DNA from: Hyalangium minutum
Lineage (GTDB): Bacteria; Myxococcota; Myxococcia; Myxococcales; Myxococcaceae
Assembly: GCF_000737315.1 (NCBI RefSeq)
Contig: NZ_JMCB01000010.1
Span: 261,942-325,941 of the forward strand
Direction: 5' to 3'
Length of the DNA stretch: 64,000 nt
Positions 47,320-58,217 of this stretch are shown piece after piece (the stretch's first letter is position 1; each line of letters starts with the position of its first letter). A program made the position numbers and the translations under genes. A model generated the notes under the pieces. That model had not been told where the DNA came from. It worked only from the letters and a program-made list of their open reading frames with translations, and made no database searches.

Positions 47320-47338
47320 GAGAATGGTTCTCATTATC
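47320..47338 (-). promoter_or_regulatory. Fur box upstream of mxcK; TTGACA at 47369-47374
   Basis: Minus strand GATAATGAGAACCATTCTC, 16/19 match to consensus, preceded by an extra GATAAC hexamer. Confidence 0.82.
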
Positions 47339-47533
47339 GTTATCGGATCTCCCATGTCGCGCGAGCGCTGTCAAGCGCTCTGTTCACTGCTGGTACGCGA
47401 GGGAAAGCCGTGGAGGTGCCTCAGCACAGCGCTGGTGCGAGGCAAGACAGGCCCATGAGGCAAGGCGGAAGCGTGCCGTCGGCGGCGGTGGTGCCGCGCG
47501 GCAAGGCAGGGCTACGGAAGGCGCTGCTTCAAC

Positions 47534-48805
47534 TCAGCGCCGCACGGGCGCGGGAGTCGCGGGGCTGCCCGGAGGCGGCGTGCTGGCAGAGGTGCTCAGC
47601 CTCGCGGCGCCGAGCACCACCGAAGGCCCCGGCTCATCGAGGTACACCGGGACATTGACGAAGAACGCCTCGCAGCGCTGGCGGAACAGTGGCATCCGGC
47701 TCTGCTCACCCACGAGCAGCACCTCATCCAGATCGCCGGGGAACAGCGTCTTCTGCTCCAGCACCTGCTCGCACATCTTCATCGCAGAGTCGATCAGGGG
47801 CTTGGCCAGATCCTCCAGCTCGCGCCGGGTGAGGACGGCATCGAAGTCCCCGAGCTGCCCGTTGCCGCTGGTGACGGCGAACGGCACGCGCACGCGGGCC
47901 TCCGGCTGCTCGGTGAGCTGGATCTTCGCGAACTCGGCGGCGCCGGCCACGCGGTAGAGGGCCGCGGGGTTGCTCGCGTCCGCGGCCACCCGGACTCCCG
48001 TGGGCAGCTTGCGCAGCAGCAGCTCCAGCACGCGCTTGTCGAGCTCGAAGCCGCACAGGCCCACGTTGCCTTCGGCGCCGAGCACCTGGCACTGCCGCGC
48101 CGCATAGCGCACCAGCGTGGTCTGGAAGCTTCCCCCACCCCACGAGCACACCATGGCGGTGCGCTCCGGCTTGCCCCGCCGCCGCTGGAAAGCCCCCAGC
48201 GCCACGGACGTGGGCTCGGCGATGGTGCGCTCCACGTGCATCCCGGCCAGCGCGGCCGCCGCGGCCATCGTCTGCGGCAGCGGGTCATCCTTGCGCACGG
48301 CAGGAATGGTGAGCACGGCCCGGTGGACGGGCTGGCGCAGGAAGTTCTGCGCCCGCTCGCGCGCCTCGAGGAGCACCAACGCCGCCAGCTCCCGGGCTCG
48401 GAAGGTCCGATCCCCGAGCACCACCGCGGGCAGCCCATCGTCGCCTCGGACGACCTTGCAGCGGAGCTGGTCGTACAGCCACTTCACCTTGCGGTCGCCG
48501 TAGGGCGCGGCCAGCAATCCCTTGATGCCCCACACCGCCAGCGCCGGGTTGGCGGCCTGCTGCCCCCGTGCCGCATGGCCCGTGAGGATGCGCCCTCCGG
48601 GCCCGAGCGCCACCATGGCGGGAGCTCCCTCCATGCGCTCTGCGGGGATGCACACGGGATTGCCGTTGTGGATGGCAGCGACGCGGCAGTTCGTTGTGCC
48701 GAGATCGATGGCAATGACGGGCCCGGCACTTCGGGTCGAGGCCTCCGGAGGACGAACACGATCGAGCGGGCAGTCGGTGACGTGGATCGGAGCCTGGGTC
48801 ATCAC
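47534..48805 (-). CDS. Atypical Hsp70-family protein, nucleotide-binding domain only
   Basis: IAIDLGTTNCRVA, AVLTIPA, IAEPTSVAL, SWGGGSFQ, LLVGEQSRMP, SVVLGAA, then stop; no substrate-binding domain. Confidence 0.82.
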   Translation of the reverse strand: MMTQAPIHVTDCPLDRVRPPEASTRSAGPVIAIDLGTTNCRVAAIHNGNPVCIPAERMEGAPAMVALGPGGRILTGHAARGQQAANPALAVWGIKGLLAAPYGDRKVKWLYDQLRCKVVRGDDGLPAVVLGDRTFRARELAALVLLEARERAQNFLRQPVHRAVLTIPAVRKDDPLPQTMAAAAALAGMHVERTIAEPTSVALGAFQRRRGKPERTAMVCSWGGGSFQTTLVRYAARQCQVLGAEGNVGLCGFELDKRVLELLLRKLPTGVRVAADASNPAALYRVAGAAEFAKIQLTEQPEARVRVPFAVTSGNGQLGDFDAVLTRRELEDLAKPLIDSAMKMCEQVLEQKTLFPGDLDEVLLVGEQSRMPLFRQRCEAFFVNVPVYLDEPGPSVVLGAARLSTSASTPPPGSPATPAPVRR

Positions 48806-48814
48806 GGCATCATT

Positions 48815-49552
48815 CTATCGGATTGCGGCGGCCTCCGGCTGGCAGAACCCGAGTTGGTCCCTATGCAGGAGGAAGTCCCGTTGTATCTGCTCACGCTTCC
48901 GCGTGAGGACGGACCAATAGTAGTAGCGACGGGGGAACAGGGTGTTCCGCGAGGCGAGCTGGTTGCGCAGAATGGCGACACCGCAGCGCAGATTTACAGC
49001 GGGGTCCGTAATGTTCGCATCCATCGGATTCAGCGGGCACCCCTCATGCCGCTCCTGGTCCCCGTAGCTGAGCTGGAGCAGCCCGATGCTGAGCGTCCGC
49101 AGGGGCCGGGGCTCCAGGAAGGTGCTCTCGGGGTCAAAGCCGGACTCCAGCCGGGCAATAGAGGCGAATAGGAGGGCCCAGAAGGCCTTCCGCTCCTCCC
49201 GAGGGGACTCGAAGTAGCCGGGGCACAGCGCGCGGACCTCTCCGGCGGGCACCTTGTCGTCCTCGAGGAGCGGCTGGCCGACGTCCTCCAGCGCCTCGGC
49301 GATGATGAGGTTCCACTCCTGCTTCCAGGCGCGGCCGCGCTCCTCACGGACCTGGGCGAAGCGAGGCCCCGGAGGGAGCGGCGGAGGCATGGGCGCGGGC
49401 GCCAGAGAGGCCCCCGAGGTGCTCCGGGCCGCCACCTCCGTCCGGGCCTGCGCCGCCAACGCGTTCCGGGCCTGGGACTCGGGGTGGGCACACGCCGAGC
49501 CCAGCAGCGCCCCGAGCATCCCTCCCACAAGCCTCCAACCTGGCCTCAGCAT
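48815..49552 (-). CDS. Lipoprotein with an SLT-type lytic transglycosylase domain
   Basis: Lipobox LGSAC; IARLESGFDP (catalytic Glu), SIGLLQL, DPAVNLRCGVAIL; start reassigned to MLRPG. Confidence 0.78.
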   Translation of the reverse strand: MLRPGWRLVGGMLGALLGSACAHPESQARNALAAQARTEVAARSTSGASLAPAPMPPPLPPGPRFAQVREERGRAWKQEWNLIIAEALEDVGQPLLEDDKVPAGEVRALCPGYFESPREERKAFWALLFASIARLESGFDPESTFLEPRPLRTLSIGLLQLSYGDQERHEGCPLNPMDANITDPAVNLRCGVAILRNQLASRNTLFPRRYYYWSVLTRKREQIQRDFLLHRDQLGFCQPEAAAIR

Positions 49553-49679
49553 GGGCGCATGGTGCTGCCAGCGCGGCGGGGAGGCAACCTCCCGCCTGCG
49601 CATCCCTCCCCTGGAAAACAGAGGGCCCTCGCTCCCGCGGAGGGAGGAGGGCCCGGAGACAGCATCCGTCGAGTGCCGA

Positions 49680-50837
49680 TCAGGCCGTCTTGGCCTTCAT
49701 GCCACCCTTGGAACCCTCTTTGGCGGCGGCGCGCTCATCCAGCCAGATGATGAGCGGGCTGGCGATGTACACGGACGAGTAGGTGCCCACGATGATGCCG
49801 ACGAGCATCGCCATGGCGAAGTCCCAGATCTCGCCCACGCCGAAGATGAGCAGACCGACCAGCGACAGCGCGGTGACGAACGAAGTGAGGACCGTACGGG
49901 CCAGCGTGTCGTTCACGGCGATGTTGATGACCTCGGGCAGCGGCTTGCCCTTGTACTTGGCCATGTCCTCGCGGATACGGTCGTAGATCACGATCGTGTC
50001 GTTGACCGAGTAGCCAATGATGGTGAGCAGCGCGGCGATGGCGGTGAGATTGAACTCGCGGCGGCTGACCAGATAGAAGCCGGCCACCATGACCACGTCG
50101 TGGAGCATGGCGAGCAGCGCGCCCGGGCCAAACTTGAAGTCGAACCGGAACGCCACGTACACGAGGATGGCGACCATGGCGTACACCAGTGCGGCGACGC
50201 CCTTGTTGCGCAGCTGCTTACCCACCTGCGGGCCCACGTAGTCCACGCGGCGCTCCTGGAAGTCCGGAGCGGACAGGCCCTTGCTCAGCGCGGCCTTCAC
50301 CTTGTCCGCCATGCCGCTGGCGACCACCTGGTAGTCGAACCCGCCGCTCTGCGACGCACCCAGCTCGCGCACCTCCTGCACGCCCGTGCCCGAGTTCTCC
50401 ACCGCCTGCTTGATGGCGGCGGGGGTCAGCTGGGTGGTGGAGCGGATGTTGATGATGCCGTTGGCCATGTCCGGGTAGACATTGCGCATGGTCCCCAGGG
50501 CGTTGATGGCAGCCTTGGCCTTCTCGGCGTTCTCCTCGGTCAACTGGGTGACGCCGCCCATGCGGAGCAGGAACGTGTTCTCTTCCTCCGAGCCGATGTT
50601 CTGCACGGACACGTCATGCAGCCCGCCGTCCTCGGCGCGCCTGCGGACCTCGGCGGCGCTGACGGGCTGATTGAACTTCAGCTCCACCACCGTACCGCCG
50701 GCGAAGTCCACGCCGAAGTTGAACCCCACCGTGGCGATACCCACGATGATGGCCAGGTTCACCAGCGAGGAGATGTAGACGGCAATCTTGCGCTTGCCGA
50801 TGAAGTCGATGTTCGTCTTGTGCTTGATGAGGCGCAT
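49680..50837 (-). CDS. secF: Protein translocase subunit SecF
   Basis: GVDFAGG, VGPQVG, IGYSVNDTIVIYDRIRE, GTYSSVYIA. Confidence 0.97.
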   Translation of the reverse strand: MRLIKHKTNIDFIGKRKIAVYISSLVNLAIIVGIATVGFNFGVDFAGGTVVELKFNQPVSAAEVRRRAEDGGLHDVSVQNIGSEEENTFLLRMGGVTQLTEENAEKAKAAINALGTMRNVYPDMANGIINIRSTTQLTPAAIKQAVENSGTGVQEVRELGASQSGGFDYQVVASGMADKVKAALSKGLSAPDFQERRVDYVGPQVGKQLRNKGVAALVYAMVAILVYVAFRFDFKFGPGALLAMLHDVVMVAGFYLVSRREFNLTAIAALLTIIGYSVNDTIVIYDRIREDMAKYKGKPLPEVINIAVNDTLARTVLTSFVTALSLVGLLIFGVGEIWDFAMAMLVGIIVGTYSSVYIASPLIIWLDERAAAKEGSKGGMKAKTA

Positions 50838-50849
50838 GGCGGCTCTTTC

Positions 50850-52625
50850 TCAGACCGAGACCGTCTGGGCGTTGCGGCCGTGGACGAAGTAGGTGGTGAT
50901 GACGCGCGTCACGACGATGGACGTGAACAGCGAGGCCAGCAGGCCGACGATGAGCGTCGTCGCGAAGCCTCGGATGGGGCCGGTGCCCGTGGCGAAGAGG
51001 ATGAAGCCGGCGATCAGCGTGGTGACGTGCGCGTCGAAGATGGTCCAGAAGGCGCGGTCATAACCCTGGTCCACCGCCTGCCGGGCCGTCTTGCCGTGGT
51101 CCAGCTCCTCGCGGATGCGCTCGTTGATGAGCACGTTGGCATCCACCGCGATGCCCAGCGTGAGCACGAAGCCCGCGATGCCCGGCAGCGTCAGCGTGGC
51201 GTTGAACAGCGCCAGACCGGCCAGGATGAGCAGGCCGTTGAGCACCAGCGCCACGTCCGCGATGAGGCCCGTCTTCTTGTAGTAGACGGCCATGAAGAGG
51301 ACGACCAGCAGCAGGCCCACCAGCGCGGCCAGGCTGCCCTTCTTGATGAGCTCCTCGCCCAGCGAGGCACCCACCTGGCGAATCTCACCCACCGTCACCG
51401 GGGCCGGCAGCGCGCCCGCCTTCAGCACCAGCGCCAGCGTCTGCGCCTCGGCGAACCACTCGTCAAAGGACTTGGCGCCCGCGCGGCCCATGGTGATGCG
51501 GGCGCTGCCGCCGCCGATCTTCTCGTTGATGCGCGGCGCCGAGTGCACGTACTCGTCCAGGACGATGGCCATGCGCTTGCCCACGCTGGCCTCAGTGAGG
51601 CGCTCGAACTCCCGCGCGCCCACCGCGTCGAAGGTGATGTTCACCTCGGGCTCGTTGATCTGGCTGATGTTGGCGTTGGCGCCCTCCAGGCTCTCGCCCG
51701 TGAGCGGCACGTCGCGCATCAGCAGGTAGGTGCGGTAGGACAGGCACTCGTTCTTCTTCAGCGGGTTGGCCACGCACTCCAGCAGCACCTCGCGGCCCTC
51801 GGGCGTCTTGTCCTTCACGTAGGCCAGCAGCGCCTCACGGTTGGGGCCCGCCAGCTGAGGGAAGCCCTCCTCGTCCGTGACGGTGATGTTGCTGCCCTCG
51901 GGCGGCGGCGTCCGCGTGGCCAGCTCCCGGAAGAAGTTGGGGTTGGTGTCATCCACCATCCGGAACTCGAGCTGCGCGGTGGTGCCCACCAGCTCCTTGG
52001 CCTGCTCGGGATCGGAGCGGCCCGGCAGAGAAATCTGGATCGAGTCCGTGCCCAGCTTGCGCACATCCAGCTCCGCCACGCCCCACTTGTCGATGCGGTT
52101 GCGGATGACGAGCATGGCCTGATCCACCGACTCCTGCTGGAAGCGGGTGACCTGGCTCTCGTCCGGAGCCAGCACCAGCTTGGCGCCGTCGCGGCTGACC
52201 TTGGTGAAGTCCGTGAAGTAGGCCAGCACCTCCTTCTCGATGGCGTCCATGGTGGCCGGGTCCTTGGCCACCAGCGTCAGCTGCAGACGCTCCGGATCCG
52301 TGTCGGCCGTCACCTCGCCCAGCTTCTTGTCCTGGGAGACCCAGCGGGCGATCTGCTGGCCCCGGCGCTCGGTGCGCTTCTCGAGAGCCGTCTTGGTGTC
52401 CACCCGCATCACCATGTGGATACCGCCCTGCAGGTCCAGCCCGAGGTTCAGGCGGTACTTGGCGGGAGGCGCCCAGGCGGGCAGCCGCTCCTGCAGCAGG
52501 GCCATGTTGTTGCGCTCCGCAGGCTCCATCTTCACCAGGGAGACATAGGTGGGGATGAGCAGCCACACGGTGCCCAACGTCACCGCGACAATCATCCCGA
52601 ACTTCCACCACCAGCCGCGGTCCAT
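50850..52625 (-). CDS. secD: Protein translocase subunit SecD
   Basis: LGLDLQGG, VLKAGALPAP, TLTLPGIAG, AVDANVLINERIREE, GPIRGFA. Confidence 0.97.
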   Translation of the reverse strand: MDRGWWWKFGMIVAVTLGTVWLLIPTYVSLVKMEPAERNNMALLQERLPAWAPPAKYRLNLGLDLQGGIHMVMRVDTKTALEKRTERRGQQIARWVSQDKKLGEVTADTDPERLQLTLVAKDPATMDAIEKEVLAYFTDFTKVSRDGAKLVLAPDESQVTRFQQESVDQAMLVIRNRIDKWGVAELDVRKLGTDSIQISLPGRSDPEQAKELVGTTAQLEFRMVDDTNPNFFRELATRTPPPEGSNITVTDEEGFPQLAGPNREALLAYVKDKTPEGREVLLECVANPLKKNECLSYRTYLLMRDVPLTGESLEGANANISQINEPEVNITFDAVGAREFERLTEASVGKRMAIVLDEYVHSAPRINEKIGGGSARITMGRAGAKSFDEWFAEAQTLALVLKAGALPAPVTVGEIRQVGASLGEELIKKGSLAALVGLLLVVLFMAVYYKKTGLIADVALVLNGLLILAGLALFNATLTLPGIAGFVLTLGIAVDANVLINERIREELDHGKTARQAVDQGYDRAFWTIFDAHVTTLIAGFILFATGTGPIRGFATTLIVGLLASLFTSIVVTRVITTYFVHGRNAQTVSV

Positions 52626-52978
52626 TACTTCTCCTCCTTCTTGTCCTCGGGCTTGGCCGAAGCCTGGCCCTCATCGGAAATCGCGCCCTTGGCGTACACG
52701 GAGCGCTTGAGCACGCGAATGCGCACGCCGTTGGCGACCTCCAGCGTCACCGTCTGCTCGGAGACCAGGTGGATCTTCCCCAGGATGCCGCCCTGGGTGA
52801 CGACCTCGTCGCCCTTCTTCAGCCCCGAAAGCAGCTCCTGGTGCTGCTTGGCCTGCTTTTGCTGGGGCCGGATCATCACGAAGTACATGATGGCCACCAG
52901 CACGGCGATGAAGCCGATGTTCACCATCGGGTTCGAGCCACCGGCAGCCTGCGCCAGGATCAAGAAGCTGTCCGCCAC
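52625..52978 (-). CDS. yajC: Preprotein translocase subunit YajC
   Basis: MYFVMIRPQQKQAK..LKKGDEVVTQGGILGKI; GTG start at 52978 with RBS GAGG. Confidence 0.95.
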   Translation of the reverse strand: MADSFLILAQAAGGSNPMVNIGFIAVLVAIMYFVMIRPQQKQAKQHQELLSGLKKGDEVVTQGGILGKIHLVSEQTVTLEVANGVRIRVLKRSVYAKGAISDEGQASAKPEDKKEEK

Positions 52979-53131
52979 GTACCGCCTCGTCGCTTGGAAG
53001 GTTCGGAATGGCCTTGGCCCAAGTGTGGGCAAAGGTCAACCTAGAAGGGGCCGCCTCTTAGCAGCCCCCCCATCCGTGAGCAAGTGAACGCAGACGGCTT
53101 CGCCCCCTTCCCAACACCCGGCCGCCGGGGC

Positions 53132-54313
<1,182 letters not shown>

Positions 54314-55399
54314 TCACTCCGTCACCAGCATGGCATCGCCATACGAGAAGAACCGATAACCCGCCTGCACGGCCTCGCGGTACGCGGCGAGCGTCCGCTC
54401 ACGCCCGAGCAGGGCACTCACCAGCATGACCAGGGTGGAGCGCGGTAGGTGGAAGTTGGTGAGCAGCAGATCCACCTGCCGGAAGGGGAAGCCCGGGCGG
54501 ATGAAGAGGACGGTGTCCCCCAGGCCCGCGCGCAGCTTGCCCGTCTGAGGATCCGTGGCGGACTCCAGCGTGCGGACCACGGTGGTGCCCACGGCAACGA
54601 TGCGGCGGCCCTCGGCCTTGGCGGCGTTGATCGTGGCGGCGGTCTCCTCGGAGACGCCATAGCGCTCCGGGTGCATCTTGTGCCGGTCAAGGTCCTCCTC
54701 GCGCACGGGGAGGAAGGTGCCGGGCCCCACGTCGAGCGTCACCGTCACGCGCTTCACACCCCGGGCCTCCAGGGCAGCGAAGGTGGCCTCGGTGAAGTGC
54801 AGGCCGGCGGTGGGAGCCGCCACGGAGCCAGAGGCGCGGGCATACACGGTCTGGTAACGCTCGGCGTCAGCGGCGTCGGGCTCGCGGGTGATGTAGGGCG
54901 GCAGAGGCAGCTTGCCCGCCTGCTGGAGCAGTTCCTGGAAGGAGGCGCCCGGAGGGGCATGGAAACGGACGCGGTACTCCCCTCCTCCCAGGGCCTCGAG
55001 CACCTCGGCGGAGAGCCCACTGGGAAAGTCCACGCGGGCCCCGGGCTTGAGGCCCTTGGAGGCCTGTCCAAGACAGATCCAATCACTGGCCTCGGCGGCC
55101 TGGGAGAGCGCGGCGGAGGTGAGCGTGGAGGCTGCGGGACGGACGACGAGCAGTTCCACTCGGCCGCCCGTGCCCGACTTGGCGCCGAGCAACCGGGCGG
55201 GGATGACGCGCGCATCGTTCACGACAAGCACATCTCCCGAGCGCAGCAGGCTCGGCAAGTCGGAGAAGCGGCGGTGCTCCCAGGTGCCGGAGGACCGGCT
55301 CACGGTCATCAGGCGCGACGCGTCACGAGTTCCCAGCGGCTGCTGGGCGATCTGCGCTTCGGGCAGCTCGAAGTCGTAGTCGGAGAGAAGGGAGGACAC
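54314..55399 (-). CDS. queA: S-adenosylmethionine:tRNA ribosyltransferase-isomerase
   Basis: DYDFELPEAQIAQ, NDARVIPARL, PLPPYI, AAPTAGLHF, AVGTT, TNFHLPRSTL, YRFFSYGDAM; start reassigned to GTG at 55399. Confidence 0.97.
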   Translation of the reverse strand: MSSLLSDYDFELPEAQIAQQPLGTRDASRLMTVSRSSGTWEHRRFSDLPSLLRSGDVLVVNDARVIPARLLGAKSGTGGRVELLVVRPAASTLTSAALSQAAEASDWICLGQASKGLKPGARVDFPSGLSAEVLEALGGGEYRVRFHAPPGASFQELLQQAGKLPLPPYITREPDAADAERYQTVYARASGSVAAPTAGLHFTEATFAALEARGVKRVTVTLDVGPGTFLPVREEDLDRHKMHPERYGVSEETAATINAAKAEGRRIVAVGTTVVRTLESATDPQTGKLRAGLGDTVLFIRPGFPFRQVDLLLTNFHLPRSTLVMLVSALLGRERTLAAYREAVQAGYRFFSYGDAMLVTE

Positions 55400-55440
55400 G
55401 AGGCGCTTGTACCAGCCTCGGTGCCGGGCCGGAACCGAAC

Positions 55441-56547
55441 TCAGTAGAGCTGCTGGAACTCGGCTCCGGGGTAGTAGTGGGAGAGGATCTCCTTGTAGCT
55501 CCATCCCCCATCGGCGAGCACCTTGGCGCCCCACTGGCACAGCCCGGCCCCGTGGCCGTAGCCGCGCCCGGTGAAGAAGTAGCCGTGGCCGGTCTTCTCC
55601 ACCTCGAAGTCCAGGCTCTTGAGCTTGGTGTAGCCCAGCCGCTGGCGGAAACGGGCACCGTCCAGAGACTCTCCCCCGTCAGTGGCGATGCGAGTGACCC
55701 GGTGCGTCCGGGTACGTCCGGTGATGCGCAGGCCCTGGGGCGAGCCATTGAGCGCCTCCCGGAGCTCGGCCTCGCTCACGGTGGCGGACCAGCGGCTGGA
55801 GGGCAGCTTTCCGCAGGGACAGTCGACCGCCTGCAGGTAGGGCAAATCCCTCTGGAGGGCGGCCTGGCCGGACTCAGTACGCCCGCCGCAGGAGGCATGG
55901 AAGTAGGCCTCGATGGGAGCCAGCTCATAGGTGAGCACCTCGCCGCGAGTGGCCTCCACGGCGGCGCGCGTCTTGGGGTCCTCGCTGGTGACGCCACCGT
56001 ACACCTGATGGAGCACGCTGCTGCCCATGTAGAAGGGGCTCCCGTAGGCCTCGAGCTTCTTCTGGAGCGCATACGTGCGCGCGGCAACGGCCTGGGCCTT
56101 CAGCGCCTCCAGAGGGAAGGAGGTGGGCATCTCACTGCCGAGCACGGCGGCGAGGTACTCCTCCAGAGGGATGACGTTGATGAGCTGCAAGCCATCCTTG
56201 TAGAACCGCACGACGACGTCGCCACGGACCTCCATGTCGCCCGCGCGCAGAGGCGCATCGCCGGGAACCCCGGCGTCATCGTTCACCCACCCGGCACGGA
56301 AGCGCGCGGTATCGCCAACGATGGGCGCGCCATTGACCTCCAGCCTGCGCCCGCTGCGCCGCACGGTGACGCGGTTCTTGCCGAGCGGGTGGAAGGAGGC
56401 CTCCTCGGCATCCATGCCGAGCGCCAGGCCCTGGCCGCTAATCTGGACCACCTCTCGCACCTCGCTCATGGCGATGCGCATCGTCTCCACCGCGAGGGCG
56501 CGAGGAGCCGCGAGTAGGATGAGGAGCAGTGCAACAGGGCGCAACAT
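55441..56547 (-). CDS. SpoIID/LytB-domain peptidoglycan hydrolase
   Basis: LINVIPLEEYL..VLGSEMP..EALKAQAVAARTYA, HQVYGG, GRGYGHGAGLCQWGA. Confidence 0.93.
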   Translation of the reverse strand: MLRPVALLLILLAAPRALAVETMRIAMSEVREVVQISGQGLALGMDAEEASFHPLGKNRVTVRRSGRRLEVNGAPIVGDTARFRAGWVNDDAGVPGDAPLRAGDMEVRGDVVVRFYKDGLQLINVIPLEEYLAAVLGSEMPTSFPLEALKAQAVAARTYALQKKLEAYGSPFYMGSSVLHQVYGGVTSEDPKTRAAVEATRGEVLTYELAPIEAYFHASCGGRTESGQAALQRDLPYLQAVDCPCGKLPSSRWSATVSEAELREALNGSPQGLRITGRTRTHRVTRIATDGGESLDGARFRQRLGYTKLKSLDFEVEKTGHGYFFTGRGYGHGAGLCQWGAKVLADGGWSYKEILSHYYPGAEFQQLY

Positions 56548-56600
56548 GGCACCTGCCAGTGTAGGGGGCCGTGATCGCCACTCAAGAAAATGGCCAGCGA

Positions 56601-57158
56601 ATGACGGAGACTGACGCGCGCATGCCTGCCGCCTTCACCCCAGCCCAGCTCACTCCGACCTCGCTTGGCGAGGTGCTGCGAACCCTCCCACCCCGCCCTG
56701 CGGCGCTGCTCCGGAGGCGGTTGACGCAGGGGGCCTCGCTGGAGGCGTGCACCACGTTCTATGGGGTGACGGAGGAGGCACTGTCGATCCACCTGCTACG
56801 AGAGGCCCAGGCTCTCACCTCGGCGCTGGGGGGCAACGCGCGTCCACCCGCGAGCCCGGAAGAGGAGGAAGCCTGGGCCCGGCAGCTCTCGGCGGCGCTG
56901 GAGCGGGACACAACCCCGGTCAGCCCGGCCCTGGTGGACACGGTGGCGCTCTGCAAGCGGCTGCAGTCGGTGGGCAAGGAGGTGGAAGCGCACCTCGTCG
57001 AGACAGAGCGCCAGGAAGAGGCCTCCCCCAAGCGCAGGCGGGAGGAGCTCCTCCGGCGCCTCGCGGTGGGGCTGCTGCTGGCGCTGGCGGCGTACTTCTA
57101 CTGGACGCGCCCTCCGGACCCCGCCCCACCGCCGCGCACCCTCCCCTCCTCGCGCTGA
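56601..57158 (+). CDS. Hypothetical protein with a sigma70 region-4-like N-terminus and a C-terminal TM helix
   Basis: VLRTLPPRPAALLRRRLTQGASLEACTTFYGVTEEALSIHLLREAQAL; LAVGLLLALAAYFYW near the C-terminus. Confidence 0.7.
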   Translation: MTETDARMPAAFTPAQLTPTSLGEVLRTLPPRPAALLRRRLTQGASLEACTTFYGVTEEALSIHLLREAQALTSALGGNARPPASPEEEEAWARQLSAALERDTTPVSPALVDTVALCKRLQSVGKEVEAHLVETERQEEASPKRRREELLRRLAVGLLLALAAYFYWTRPPDPAPPPRTLPSSR

Positions 57159-57200
57159 GCGTGCTGGACGAGGCGGTGGGGCGGCGCATAAGGGAGGGCC

Positions 57201-57524
57201 ATGCGAGCCCCTTGCCTTGCCCTGTTGGCCCTGGTGCTGGCTGGCTGCCCCAAGCAGGTGGAACGGGTGGCCGGCACGGACGACTCCCAGATCGACGCAG
57301 CCGCGGCGCGGCTCGAGGAACTCCGGCTGAAGGAGCAGTCCGAGACGCTGTCCTGCCTGGAGCGGTGCTCGGTGGCCCAACAAACCTGCGCCGTCACCGA
57401 GGATCTGTGTGGGTTGGTGGAGGCAAACCCGGATCGGGGGGATCTCCCACCGCGTTGCGTCCAGGCGCGGGAGCAGTGCGCGCAGGCCAACGGAGGCTGT
57501 ACCCGGTGCCGGAGTGGGGACTGA
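57201..57524 (+). CDS. Cys-rich helical lipoprotein
   Basis: RBS GGGAGG; lipobox VLAGC; 8 further Cys in the C-terminal half. Confidence 0.8.
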   Translation: MRAPCLALLALVLAGCPKQVERVAGTDDSQIDAAAARLEELRLKEQSETLSCLERCSVAQQTCAVTEDLCGLVEANPDRGDLPPRCVQAREQCAQANGGCTRCRSGD

Positions 57525-57605
57525 GGGAGCGAGGGGTCGGCCAACGGGCGGATTGCCCGTGTGGCCCTGCCCCTCCTAGATTGAGGTAACCCTCGAGGAG
57601 CCGTC

Positions 57606-58208
57606 ATGTCCCGCCGAACGTCCGTGCTGCTGGTCGCTTCCTGGCTTGCCGTGCCAGGACTGGCTTTGGCGGAGGAGGAGCTCACGCCGGAGAAGCTCGC
57701 GGCGATCCGCCGGGACGAGAAGGCGGCGCAGGCCAGGGTGGACTCGGCATACGGGAACCGGAAGTCCTCGGAGATGAGCAACGAGGAGCGGCAGCAGTCC
57801 ACCCGGGAGCAGCAGGCGGCGGGCCTGGGGGTGATGGAGAAGCACGGGGTGTCGGACAAGGAGTACTCGCGCCGCATGGCCCGGCTGACGCCCGAGGAGC
57901 GCGAGGCCGTCGACCAGGCGGAGAAGAAGCTGGAGGCCGAAGAGAAGGCCAAGCGGGTGGCGGAGCAGAAGAAGCGGCAGGGAGAGGACGCGGAGGCTGT
58001 GGCTGCCGACGACATCCCCATCCAGATGGGCATCAGCGACGAAAACCCAGTGGAGCTGGAAGCGGCGGAGGGCGCTGGGAACGTGGTGGAGCAAGGCCTG
58101 CCCCCGGGCGAGCAAGGCACGGATGAAATGCCTGCGAATGAGTCCTTTGAGGCCGCCACGGAGGCGCCTGCGGCCCCTGCTCCGAAGGCAGGAGGCCGTA
58201 GAAAGTAG
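57606..58208 (+). CDS. Secreted charged/coiled-coil hypothetical protein
   Basis: RBS GAGGAG; signal peptide ending GLALA; Glu/Lys-rich helical core. Confidence 0.8.
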   Translation: MSRRTSVLLVASWLAVPGLALAEEELTPEKLAAIRRDEKAAQARVDSAYGNRKSSEMSNEERQQSTREQQAAGLGVMEKHGVSDKEYSRRMARLTPEEREAVDQAEKKLEAEEKAKRVAEQKKRQGEDAEAVAADDIPIQMGISDENPVELEAAEGAGNVVEQGLPPGEQGTDEMPANESFEAATEAPAAPAPKAGGRRK

Positions 58209-58217
58209 CCGTCCCGC

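Noticed and set aside
47440-47510. Three (A/C)GGCAAG(A/G)C(A/G)G-like motifs upstream of the mxcK promoter
   Set aside because: Irregular spacing and short GC-rich words; not distinguishable from chance without conservation data.
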